Assembly: GCA_963674965.2 (NCBI GenBank)
Contig: CAXXFL010000006.1
Coordinates: 32,001 to 96,000, forward strand
DNA from: a bacterium
GTDB taxonomy: Bacteria; RBG-13-61-14; DATKZS01
Direction of reading: 5' to 3'
Length of the DNA: 64,000 nucleotides
Made by a program: the position numbers and the translations under genes. The notes beneath the pieces were generated by a model. It saw nothing but the letters and a program-made list of their open reading frames with translations. It ran no database searches and had not been told where the DNA came from. Each line of letters begins with the position of its first letter. Positions within the stretch are counted from its first letter, which is position 1. Of the stretch, positions 49,494 through 58,785 are shown piece by piece.

Positions 49494-51080
49494 ATGGAAG
49501 CCGACGTAATCATCAGGTCCGCCCAGGTAATAGACGGGACCGGCTCGGAGGGCCGCGTGGCCGACGTGGCGGTTTCCGGCGAGAGGATCGCCGCGGTTGA
49601 AGACCTTTGCGCCTGGCGGGCCGGGCTCGAGATCGACGGACATGGCAAGGTCCTTTGTCCGGGCTTCGTGGACATGCACGGCCACTCGGATTATTTCATC
49701 CTCGTTCTTCCCGGGGCCGACGGCAAGATACTGCAGGGCATCACCACCGAGGTGGTGGGCAACTGCGGCTACTCGGCGGCGCCCGTCCGGGGCGACCTGT
49801 TCGAGGACAGGCGCTCGAGCCACAAGGAACTGTACGGCCTGGAGGTGGACTGGACCGACTTCAGTTCCTATCTCGATCGAGTCAGGTCGGCCGGTCCCGC
49901 CATCAACCTTGTTCCCCTTTTCGGCTTTAACACGGTCCGGGCCTCGGCCGGTCTTTATTCCAGCGGGACGCCCGACTCGAGGTCCATGTCCGTGATGCTG
50001 GAGATGGCCCGGGAGTCCATGGACGCCGGGGCCTTCGGCATGAGCCTCGGTCTCATCTATCCGCCTGGGGCCTTCGCCGACGCCGGGGAGATATCCGTTC
50101 TTGCCCGCGAGGTGGCCAAGCGCGGGGGAATTGTAAGCTCCCACATGCGAAGCGAGGGCGACCGTCTTATCGAGGCCATCGAGGAGTCGGCGGCCATCTC
50201 GCGCATGTCCGGGGTCAGGTTCCAGATCAGCCACCTCAAGACCTCGGGGCCTTCCAACTGGAAAAAGCTTGACCGCGCCTTCGAGGTCGTCGAGGCCGCC
50301 CGCGCCGAGGGTCTCGATATCAGCGCCGACCGGTATCCATACCTGGCCAGCTTCACCCAGCTTTCGGCGGCTCTTCCCGAGTGGACCTACGAGGGGGGCA
50401 AGACCGCCTTCCTGGCAAGGCTTAAGGACAAGGACCAGCGGGACAGGATGCGGCTGGAACTGGACGCGGCCGACCGGCTTGGGGACAGGTGGGACCGGAT
50501 AGTCATCAGCCAGGTCTTCAAGGACGAGTTGAAAAAGTACGAGTCCAAGACCGTGGCCCAGGGCGCTCGGGAGGCGGGCATGGACCCGGTGGATTTCGTC
50601 TGCAGCGTGGTGCATGAAGCCCGGGACAGGGCGGCGGCGGTCTACCATACCATGAGCGAGGACAACCTGGGGCGCATTTACCAAAAGGACTGGGTCATGG
50701 TCGGGACCGACGGCTCGGTAAGAAACGTCTCGGGTATCCTGGCGGAAGGCAAGCCCCATCCCCGCGTTTATGGGACCATGCCCAGGATGATCTCCTGGGT
50801 GGTCGGGGAAAAAGGCTGGCTCGATCTTCCTGGGGCCATCAGAAAAATGACCTTTGATCCCTGCCGAGCGCTCGGGATCGGAGACAGGGGAATAGTAAGG
50901 GAGGGAGCCGCGGCGGACCTGGTGCTTTTCGATCCTCAAAATATCCGCGACAAGGCCACCTACGACAATCCTCAGCAATACCCCGAGGGCATCGAGATGG
51001 TGATGGTCAACGGCCGCGTGGCCGTTAGGAACGGCGAGCTTACGGGCGACAGGCCCGGCAGGGTCCTGCTTAAGGAGTAG
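49494..51080 (+). CDS. N-acyl-D-amino-acid deacylase
   Basis: PGFVDMHGHSD, QGITTEVVGNCG, SHMRSEG, PHPRVYGTMPR, ADLVLFDP. Confidence 0.9.
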   Translation: MEADVIIRSAQVIDGTGSEGRVADVAVSGERIAAVEDLCAWRAGLEIDGHGKVLCPGFVDMHGHSDYFILVLPGADGKILQGITTEVVGNCGYSAAPVRGDLFEDRRSSHKELYGLEVDWTDFSSYLDRVRSAGPAINLVPLFGFNTVRASAGLYSSGTPDSRSMSVMLEMARESMDAGAFGMSLGLIYPPGAFADAGEISVLAREVAKRGGIVSSHMRSEGDRLIEAIEESAAISRMSGVRFQISHLKTSGPSNWKKLDRAFEVVEAARAEGLDISADRYPYLASFTQLSAALPEWTYEGGKTAFLARLKDKDQRDRMRLELDAADRLGDRWDRIVISQVFKDELKKYESKTVAQGAREAGMDPVDFVCSVVHEARDRAAAVYHTMSEDNLGRIYQKDWVMVGTDGSVRNVSGILAEGKPHPRVYGTMPRMISWVVGEKGWLDLPGAIRKMTFDPCRALGIGDRGIVREGAAADLVLFDPQNIRDKATYDNPQQYPEGIEMVMVNGRVAVRNGELTGDRPGRVLLKE

Positions 51081-51086
51081 AAGAGA

Positions 51087-51842
51087 ATGGCCGTGATGAT
51101 AGGGGTCACGCCCGACACGCACGACGGGTCCAAACTAAAAACCCGGGTCCCTCCCGAGCGGATCGTGTACCTGTGGGACTCATATTTAAAGGCCCTTATC
51201 GATCACGGCGCCACGCCGGTCGTCCTGCCCGTCACCGGCGACAAGAAGGTCATACGGTCCATGCTCGACCGACTTGACGGCTTCCTCCTGGCCGGCGGCA
51301 ACTTCGACGTCCCCCCATCCTATTACGGTGAAGAAAACAAGCCCTGGCTCGGAAAGCTGAAGCCGGAGCGAAGCGAGTTCGAGAAGGCCCTTCTCATGGG
51401 GGCCCTCGACCGGAACGTGCCGGTCCTGGGCATATGCGGCGGCATGCAGATACTCAACGTGGCCATGGGGGGGACCCTCTACCAGGACATAGCAAGGGAG
51501 CGGCCAAAAGCAAGGGAGCATCAGCAGAATAAGAAAAAAGACTCTCCGTCCCATCAGGTCGTCGTCCCGCCCGGAACGAGACTGTACAAGATAATGACCG
51601 GCGGGAAAAAAGGGGACGCCCTAAAGGTAATGGTCAACAGCACTCATCATCAGGCGGTCAAGGAACTGGCCCCCGGGCTGGTGGTTTGCGCCGAGGCGGC
51701 CGACGGGATCGTCGAGGCCGTCGAGAGCCCGCGTCATCGCTTTGCCCTGGGTACCCAGTGGCACCCGGAACTTCTCTATAAGAAACAAAAGGAACAGGCG
51801 GCCATTTTCAGGGCCTTTGTCAGGGAGGCCGCGTCCAGGTAA
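51087..51842 (+). CDS. Gamma-glutamyl-GABA hydrolase family (peptidase C26)
   Basis: VLGICGGMQILNVAMGGTLYQDI, VNSTHHQAV, QWHPE. Confidence 0.92.
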   Translation: MAVMIGVTPDTHDGSKLKTRVPPERIVYLWDSYLKALIDHGATPVVLPVTGDKKVIRSMLDRLDGFLLAGGNFDVPPSYYGEENKPWLGKLKPERSEFEKALLMGALDRNVPVLGICGGMQILNVAMGGTLYQDIARERPKAREHQQNKKKDSPSHQVVVPPGTRLYKIMTGGKKGDALKVMVNSTHHQAVKELAPGLVVCAEAADGIVEAVESPRHRFALGTQWHPELLYKKQKEQAAIFRAFVREAASR

Positions 51843-51851
51843 GGCGGGCCT

Positions 51852-52637
51852 TTATCGAGCTTTGCGTAGCGAGTATTCTTCCTCGGCCATCTTTTTGAAT
51901 TTCTTCATCGTCCTTCTCAGGACCACCACGCTGAAATAATGGACCAGACGGCCGGGAATGGGAAAGTCCATTTTCGTGTTGGCCGCGTAAGCGTAGCGGC
52001 ATTTGTCGGGACCCACCGCCGTGAAGCGGCACTGGCGGCCGCCCTCGATAAGGTCCCCCTTAATCCTCTTCCAGGTCTGGCAGAGGTTCTCGTCGTCGTA
52101 AAAACACTCGCTCACGGAACTGAAAGTCCGGATGAGGGCGTTGGCCCTGATCTCGACCAGCCTCGGCCGACCGTCCGGATATTTCTCCAGCACTTTGGTC
52201 TCCTCCACGAAACCGGCCAGCTCGGTGAGGCCCACGTGCTCGCTGAGAAGATTGAAGCAAAACTCGGGCGGGGCGTCGATGATAAGGGAATGAGAGGCGG
52301 AGTAACCGATAAACTCTTCTCCCGTCTCCGCGGCGGGAAGCTCGTCGAGCGATCCCCCGTCGAACTCGACCCCCGCCACGAACCGGCGATGGTCGGCGCT
52401 CCTTTCCCGGCTCTTTTCCGTGTACTTCACGGCCCCGGAAAGGTTGAGGCTCATGGCGCCCTCGGGCATGACTATGGTCAGGTCCAGCGGCGTTCCGATT
52501 TTCAGTTCGTCTCCAGTGTAAATTCCGATGCCGCCGGGAGAGATGTCCCGGCTTTTCGTCACGAAGGTCTTGCCGGCGTGAGTATAAAAAACTTCATACT
52601 CCACCTTCATTCGAGGACTCGTCCTTCTTTCGATCAT
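51852..52637 (-). CDS. PilZ domain-SRPBCC/START domain fusion
   Basis: ERRTSPR and DISPGG PilZ motifs; C-terminal IDAPPEFCFNLL...VLEKYPDGRP...WKRIKGDL. Confidence 0.8.
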   Translation of the reverse strand: MIERRTSPRMKVEYEVFYTHAGKTFVTKSRDISPGGIGIYTGDELKIGTPLDLTIVMPEGAMSLNLSGAVKYTEKSRERSADHRRFVAGVEFDGGSLDELPAAETGEEFIGYSASHSLIIDAPPEFCFNLLSEHVGLTELAGFVEETKVLEKYPDGRPRLVEIRANALIRTFSSVSECFYDDENLCQTWKRIKGDLIEGGRQCRFTAVGPDKCRYAYAANTKMDFPIPGRLVHYFSVVVLRRTMKKFKKMAEEEYSLRKAR

Positions 52638-52860
52638 AAAATACTCGCTCGACTGGATAGCATGAGCCGCGTTCTCCGGGACGATCGGCCTGGGCCGTTC
52701 CCCATGGACCCGGTGAGACGCCGGTTGGCTCGCGCCGGCGGGCCTCCCCACGAGACCCCGCGCGAGAGGGCATTATCTCACGAATGGACCGTTCTTACAA
52801 TATCCCTTCGCGTCTACCTTCGCGTTTACCTTTCTACCTGGATTAAAGCCAATGTATATC

Positions 52861-53102
52861 GAACTTCTTGCAAAAGTCCTTTTTTTGGCGGCATAGCCGT
52901 TTTGGAGATTGCCCAGGACCGATATAATAATTCGAGGTCACTTGACAAATGGGGACATAGGAGCGCGGTCGCTTGAGACCGCTTTCGATGGCCTTGGCTT
53001 GACAAGGCTAAACAATACAACCGCTTGCCTCGCGTCAAGCCGCTCGGAAGAAAAGCGGCGTCGAGCCGCCGCACTCCAAAGCAACACTTTTGCACGAGGT
53101 TC
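52861..53102 (+). mobile_element. MITE family A copy 3 with internal insertion
   Basis: GAACTTCTTGCAAAA...TTTTGCACGAGGTTC flanked by TATC duplication. Confidence 0.85.
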
Positions 53103-53195
53103 TATCAACTGGTCAAAGGCCGGCGAAAATGTTAAAATGCCTCCGTCCAATGTGGATTAAGAGAAAAATTTACACGATAGGGCACGGTGGTCATA

Positions 53196-54524
53196 ATGAA
53201 AATCAAATCGTTTTCCATAGCGCTGTTATTTTTTCTGGCCTTAGCGACGATACTGGCCGGTTATGGACTGGCGTCCTCACCGGCGAAACGGTCATTGACC
53301 CGTACCGAGGATTTCGTGGTCCTAAAAGGAGACCGGGTCCCGGACCTGATCGGTTCTCCCCTCGAGGAAATAAGGTTTTATTCCTGCTCGGGCAAGTCTT
53401 GCCGTGAGGTCCCCCTTCAGATCGACAAGGTTGACGCCGAGGGCAAGTTCGTGTTCCCCAACGGGAAAGACCCCGAGAGGGACGGGCGGGACCTTGACGG
53501 CAACGACGAAATCAGCTTCATGGCCGGAGACCTTGGCGACCGCTTGCCCGGCTATACGGCCGAGGGTTCGGTTATCGGGGTCGAGATCGAGGCCAAGGAC
53601 CCGGGGAGCGGCGCCAGGGCCTGGGGCTATCTTTTCCACGTGCCGGGCTCGAGGCCAAGTCCCGACCTTCCCGACTACGTCGGTTTCGAGCAAAAGGACG
53701 GCCGTAGCCTGGTCAAGGCCGACAACTTTATTCTCGGCTACGACAGCGACAGCCTCAGTTACGACGAGATGCGCATGCGAAACGGGAAGGGCGAGTTCTC
53801 GGAGGACGTGCTGGACAAGCAGCGCATCGGCATGGAGGCGATCATGGCGGGAGGCCAGAAAATCCCCATTAACGCCCCCGAGAGTATAGTGAAAATCAAG
53901 GACATCGCCTGGATTGACGGCCCGATCCGCGTGGTCCTGGACCAGGTGGTCGTCATCAGGATCGTGGCCGTTAATTTCCAGTACGGCATGGAGTACTATT
54001 TAAGGTTCTATCGTTGCGGCCAGCACAACTCGGTCGACTTTTCCTTTCCCTCGGGACCCAACGCCATGTTCGAGTCCGTGCTCTTCTACTGGTCCCTTGA
54101 CCTTGTGCCCCAGGCCGAGGGATTCACTTATATCGATCCCAACCACATGGACCCCGTCAAGATAACGACGGCGGAGAAAAAAGGCATCGATGGAGACGAC
54201 CTCCATTACTGGTGGGGCATGTACGGACCGGATGGGGCCGTGTTGCAGGCCCTCGATATGGACGACGACATGGTCCCCTATTTCGGCTGCTATGCCCGGT
54301 GGCTGTCCGACCCCAACGCGGTCTTTAAAAAGGGAGAAGTCCCGGGCAAACTGGATATCGGATTCAACTGCAGGGAACTGGGCCAGATGCCCGATAAAAA
54401 GGACTACCACTGGTTTAACTACATCCTGTTCCCCAAGGAACCCTCCAGGGAAAAGCTTCTCCAGATGAAGGAAATTTTCGAGTCCCCCCTCGAGGTCGGC
54501 GTCGCGTCGATTCCGACCGCTTAG
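53196..54524 (+). CDS. Hypothetical secreted protein
   Basis: Signal peptide, host-like codon usage, no recognisable catalytic motif. Confidence 0.75.
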   Translation: MKIKSFSIALLFFLALATILAGYGLASSPAKRSLTRTEDFVVLKGDRVPDLIGSPLEEIRFYSCSGKSCREVPLQIDKVDAEGKFVFPNGKDPERDGRDLDGNDEISFMAGDLGDRLPGYTAEGSVIGVEIEAKDPGSGARAWGYLFHVPGSRPSPDLPDYVGFEQKDGRSLVKADNFILGYDSDSLSYDEMRMRNGKGEFSEDVLDKQRIGMEAIMAGGQKIPINAPESIVKIKDIAWIDGPIRVVLDQVVVIRIVAVNFQYGMEYYLRFYRCGQHNSVDFSFPSGPNAMFESVLFYWSLDLVPQAEGFTYIDPNHMDPVKITTAEKKGIDGDDLHYWWGMYGPDGAVLQALDMDDDMVPYFGCYARWLSDPNAVFKKGEVPGKLDIGFNCRELGQMPDKKDYHWFNYILFPKEPSREKLLQMKEIFESPLEVGVASIPTA

Positions 54525-54583
54525 CCCGAGGCGGAAATTGCGGACGCTTTTAGCCGCGACTTTCCAGATTATGGGCCAAGCGT

Positions 54584-57415
54584 TCAGGAATGGAGCCTGA
54601 GGACGAGCTGGTTCAGCGAGGCCTTGGCTTTCTCCCCAATTCTCCCCTCTTCCTTGATCATGCGCCTTAAGAATTTTTCCGACGCCGGGCCGCCTATCTT
54701 GCCCAAAGCGTCAAGGGCCGCGATGATTATGACCGGGTCTTTTTCTTCCTCGAGGCTTCTTTTAATCCTTTTCAAGAGACCACCCCTGGCGTCGGCCTTT
54801 TTCTCGGCCAGGTCGATGATGGCTTTTTCCACCTGGCCGGCCAGGGGAAGATCGGACATGTTGCCGAGCTGTCGGATCAATTGTGACGCCATAAGCTCGT
54901 GGGCCTCGGATTCTTCTTTCTCCTTTGGCGGCTCCTCCCCGATCATCTCGATCAGGCGCTGGATCGCGGCCTGGCTCGGCGGCTTGAACATGGCCAGACT
55001 GGCCAGGGCACGCCTGGCGACTTTCTGGTCCTTGTCCATGATCGCCCGCAGGACCAGGGGCTCGGCCTTTTTGCCCTCCAGCCGGAGGGCCGCGTTAAGC
55101 GCCTCTTCCCTCAGCCGGGGCCGCGGGTTCCTGAAGTATCTATGGACCCGCTCGAGGTCTTGTTCTCCTCCCCCGATCTGTCCGAGCACGAGCAGGGCGT
55201 TCCGGTGCAGGAACCATTCCCGACCGTGGTCGTCAAGAATCTTTCTCACCCTGGCCAGGGCCGGGGCACCCATCTTTATCAGCGCGTCAACCGCGGACTT
55301 TCTCGTTCCTCTGTCCTTGCTCTCGGCCAGGACCTTGACTAGTATATCGACCCCTCGCTTGCCGATAAGGACCGCGATCTCGTCGATGACCGCTCGGTCC
55401 GTCTTCTCGGCCTCCTGGTAAAAACGGGCCAGGTCCTCGCGAAGTTCCCCGAAGACGAACCCGATCGGCCCACCTTGCTCGGCGGACGCGCCGATAAAGG
55501 CCCCGTTGTCCTCCGCGGCCCTGGCCAGGGCCTCCGTAATCGAAAAGAGCGCGGGCCACAGCCCCTTCTCCATGAGGGCGGGCGCGGCGCGCTTGTAACA
55601 GCGGAGAAGGACCAGGGCGTTTTCCTCCGAGGATACGGCCTTCGTTTCCGCCACGTAATCATCCACGCTCGCGGCCAGGTCATCGGCCAGGCGCATGGTA
55701 TTTACGCGGTACTGGACCTCGAGGGGAAGCTCCTCGAAGCTTAGTATCTCGTTGAAGAAAAGGTCCTCGAGGAACCTGGACTTGCCGGGGGCGTCCTCCG
55801 CCACCACCCGCTTCGATATCCACTGCAGGATGCGACGGACGCTGGAAAGACGGCTCGCCACGGCGTGCTTGTCCTTGCCACGTCCGGCCAGTTCCCTCAG
55901 TCTTTTCATCTCGTCGAAGATCAGGCGGGAGGTGGGAATAAGGATGGGCATGGGAAACGACTCGATAATGGTCCGCTCCAGTTCCTCCTCGTCCATGGCC
56001 TTCACGTGCCTGGCGATCACGTAGCAGTTGAGCACGATGTCCTTTAAAAGGGACGGGTGCCTCATGGGCCGAATGATGTCCTCGACGATCCTGATCTTCA
56101 AGGCGTGGATTTCATCCTCGGACACGTCCTTGAACATGGGCAGGACCTTGAGGTCCTTGGCCAGGCGGTGAATGGCCATCTCGACCCGCCAGGGAAGCTT
56201 CTCCTCGATCAGCACCATGTCGTCCATGAAGACCGTGGATATCTCCGTGATGCCGCGCTCGACCAGGGCCCCCGTCAGCATTCCTCCCACCTTCGAGTCC
56301 TCGCCGCGGTCGGCCCGCGGGTCGCTCATGACGTCAACGAAATCCTCGAAGTGCTCGCGAGTGATGTCCCTTTTGACGGCGAAGCTGATGAGTCCCTTCC
56401 GGTTGAAAAAATCGCGCAAGCGGGGAACGAACATCTCGGCCATGCCCGCGCCCACGACCGTTCGCACGCTGACCTGGTCCTCCAGCACGCCCGAGATTAA
56501 AACGTCCGTCTTCTCATGGGTCTCCTGGTTGGTGAAACCTATCTCGCGCTCGTCCCCTATGGCGGCCATGAGGTTTTCGTACAGCCCGGCCTTGGCGTTC
56601 TTGGCGCCGGGATGGTCGGACGCGTAATAGCCGCTGCGGAGCATGGCCTTGGCCAGGTCCATGACGAATTCTCCCACCGGCTTCAGGCGCTCTCGCTCGG
56701 CTGGGGTAAGTTCCTTTTTCTCGTCAAAGCGTACGTGCTTTTCCTCCTCCTCGACGAGTGCTTCCTCTTGTTTTTGCACCTCCATATCCGCGAGACCAAT
56801 GAGGCCCCTCACCCAATCGACTTTCTTTTTGGGAGGAGTAAACGCCTTCTTGGCCTTCTTGGGCGAAGGAGGCGCGGGAGGGGGAGGCGGCGGCAAAGGC
56901 CTGACCGCGCGGTCGGGAGCGGACGCGGTCGGCGGCGGCGGAGGAGGAGGAGGAGGAGGCGGAGGAGGAGGCGGAGGAGGCGGAGGAGGAGGCGAAGCTT
57001 TTTTCGGAGTTGGCGGCGAAGAAGGAGGAGGCTTATTTACGGCCGGCGGCTTTTGCGGAGCCTTTTTAGCCGTGATCAAAGCTTTAAACGCTTCCCCATA
57101 GGCCTCGCTTGTCTTAATATCCTTTACCAGATCGTTGAACTCTTGTTGAGATTCTTTGACAAAGACCGCCTCCATGCCCGACTTTTGCTTTACATTCGCG
57201 CCGGGGTCGGGGAGCATGGAAACGGCTATTTTGGCCGCGAGAGTATGGTCCCGCTCAAGTCCAGGCGCCTTAATGGTCAGGGTAATTACGTCGCCTTTGG
57301 GCCGAGGTTTTTTAGAGGGAATAAATATACGGCCGGAGGCGATCATGCCAAGGTCCTTGGCGAACCTTTCCGGTGAAGGATAATTGAGAACGATCGGCTT
57401 TACGTCAACGTCCAT
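54584..57415 (-). CDS. HEAT-repeat protein with N-terminal PilZ-like domain and polyproline linker
   Basis: GRIFIPSKKPRPKGDVITLTI; long Pro run; C-terminal repeats RKSAVDALIKMG, RNALLVLGQIG, AALDALGKIG. Confidence 0.8.
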   Translation of the reverse strand: MDVDVKPIVLNYPSPERFAKDLGMIASGRIFIPSKKPRPKGDVITLTIKAPGLERDHTLAAKIAVSMLPDPGANVKQKSGMEAVFVKESQQEFNDLVKDIKTSEAYGEAFKALITAKKAPQKPPAVNKPPPSSPPTPKKASPPPPPPPPPPPPPPPPPPPPPTASAPDRAVRPLPPPPPPAPPSPKKAKKAFTPPKKKVDWVRGLIGLADMEVQKQEEALVEEEEKHVRFDEKKELTPAERERLKPVGEFVMDLAKAMLRSGYYASDHPGAKNAKAGLYENLMAAIGDEREIGFTNQETHEKTDVLISGVLEDQVSVRTVVGAGMAEMFVPRLRDFFNRKGLISFAVKRDITREHFEDFVDVMSDPRADRGEDSKVGGMLTGALVERGITEISTVFMDDMVLIEEKLPWRVEMAIHRLAKDLKVLPMFKDVSEDEIHALKIRIVEDIIRPMRHPSLLKDIVLNCYVIARHVKAMDEEELERTIIESFPMPILIPTSRLIFDEMKRLRELAGRGKDKHAVASRLSSVRRILQWISKRVVAEDAPGKSRFLEDLFFNEILSFEELPLEVQYRVNTMRLADDLAASVDDYVAETKAVSSEENALVLLRCYKRAAPALMEKGLWPALFSITEALARAAEDNGAFIGASAEQGGPIGFVFGELREDLARFYQEAEKTDRAVIDEIAVLIGKRGVDILVKVLAESKDRGTRKSAVDALIKMGAPALARVRKILDDHGREWFLHRNALLVLGQIGGGEQDLERVHRYFRNPRPRLREEALNAALRLEGKKAEPLVLRAIMDKDQKVARRALASLAMFKPPSQAAIQRLIEMIGEEPPKEKEESEAHELMASQLIRQLGNMSDLPLAGQVEKAIIDLAEKKADARGGLLKRIKRSLEEEKDPVIIIAALDALGKIGGPASEKFLRRMIKEEGRIGEKAKASLNQLVLRLHS

Positions 57416-57600
57416 GCCGACCTCCACCACCAATCAGGGACGAAGAGCATGAACGTCCGATTGCCGCTTTCAAGACGCCCATTCCATTTCCCCCTCTAAT
57501 ATTTAGAATAAACTAACCGATTGGCCAAAACAAACCAATACCACCCGCCAATGGCGCCCGGCGCCAAGATAGGCGAGCTATCGGGGCCATCCGGATTATT

Positions 57601-58785
57601 TCAGAATCTTAGTCTTCCGGTATGGCCGGGGCAGATTTTGCCGAGGACTACGCGGCGGTCGGCCCCGGTGGCGCCGGGGATGTTGGCCGGCCTTCCCTCC
57701 ACGGTCTCCATGGCCAGGATGGCGAAGGCGATGGCCTCCTTGGCCAGGGCGGGGACCCCGTACTCGTCCGAGGTGGCCACGGGTATGGGTTGGAAAAGCT
57801 CGGTCAGGAGTCGGAGAAGGGTCAGGTTTTTCGCGCCCCCGCCGCTGATGATGACCTCGTCCACCGGCTTGTCTTGACGGTAGAAGGCGTCGTAATGCCG
57901 GAAGATGGCCTGGGCCGTAAGGGCCGTGGCGGTGGCGATGTGGTCCAGGTACTTGCCCGACCTCGAGGCCGGATGCACGTCGATGAAGGCGTCGGCGAAC
58001 CGGGCGCCGAACCTCTCCCGCCCCGTGCTCTTAGGGGGAGGCTCGCTGAAAAAGCCGCTCTCGAGAAGCTCGGACACGACCTTGGCGCTGGCCTTACCCT
58101 TGGCCGCGTGACGTCCGTCCCGGTCGTAGGTCTCCTTCATGTTGGTGTGGCGAGCGGTCAGCTCGTCGATAAGCATGTTGCCCGGACCGACGTCCGAGCC
58201 GACCACCGAGGACGGATCGACCGCGCCCGCCTCGAGTACGGTGCCGTTGGCTATGCCGCCGATGTTGACCAGGAAGCGGGTCTTGCGCGGGTGACTGAAA
58301 AGCAGGTAGTCCACGTAGGGTACCAGCGGAGCCCCCGACCCGCCCGCCGCCACGTCGGCCGGTCTGAAATCCGCCACCGTTGTAACGCCGGTCTTCACGG
58401 CGATGACCGATGGCTCGGCCACCTGGAGCGTGGCCCGAATCTTGTACTTGCCCATCTGCTCGGCCATGGGCAGGTGGTGGATGGTCTGGCCGTGGGAGCC
58501 GATAAGGTCCACGTCGGATGGATATATCCTTGCCTCCTTGATGATGGACAGGGCGGCCTCGGCGAATATCTCGCCCAAATAGAAATTCAGGCGCGCCACC
58601 TTGTCCACGTAGCCCGTGGCCTCGTCTCCCGCCTCGAGTATGAACCTGACCGTCTCGCCGTCGTAGGGATAGGTTTTAAAGGACAATAGCTCGACCCTGA
58701 CCCCCGCCTCAGTTCGGGTGAGGTCCACCAGCGCGGCGTCCACCCCGTCCAGGGACGTTCCCGCCATGAGGCCTATTACTTTCAT
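57601..58785 (-). CDS. anmK: Anhydro-N-acetylmuramic acid kinase
   Basis: IGLMAGTSLDGVD, GSHGQTIHH, DFRPADVAAGGSGAPLVP, NIGGIAN, PPKSTGRE, KEAIAFA; real start MKVIGL. Confidence 0.95.
   Translation of the reverse strand: MKVIGLMAGTSLDGVDAALVDLTRTEAGVRVELLSFKTYPYDGETVRFILEAGDEATGYVDKVARLNFYLGEIFAEAALSIIKEARIYPSDVDLIGSHGQTIHHLPMAEQMGKYKIRATLQVAEPSVIAVKTGVTTVADFRPADVAAGGSGAPLVPYVDYLLFSHPRKTRFLVNIGGIANGTVLEAGAVDPSSVVGSDVGPGNMLIDELTARHTNMKETYDRDGRHAAKGKASAKVVSELLESGFFSEPPPKSTGRERFGARFADAFIDVHPASRSGKYLDHIATATALTAQAIFRHYDAFYRQDKPVDEVIISGGGAKNLTLLRLLTELFQPIPVATSDEYGVPALAKEAIAFAILAMETVEGRPANIPGATGADRRVVLGKICPGHTGRLRF

Noticed and set aside
52805-52840. Short tandem repeat CCTTCGCGTYTA
   Set aside because: Only about 2.5 copies, no functional context
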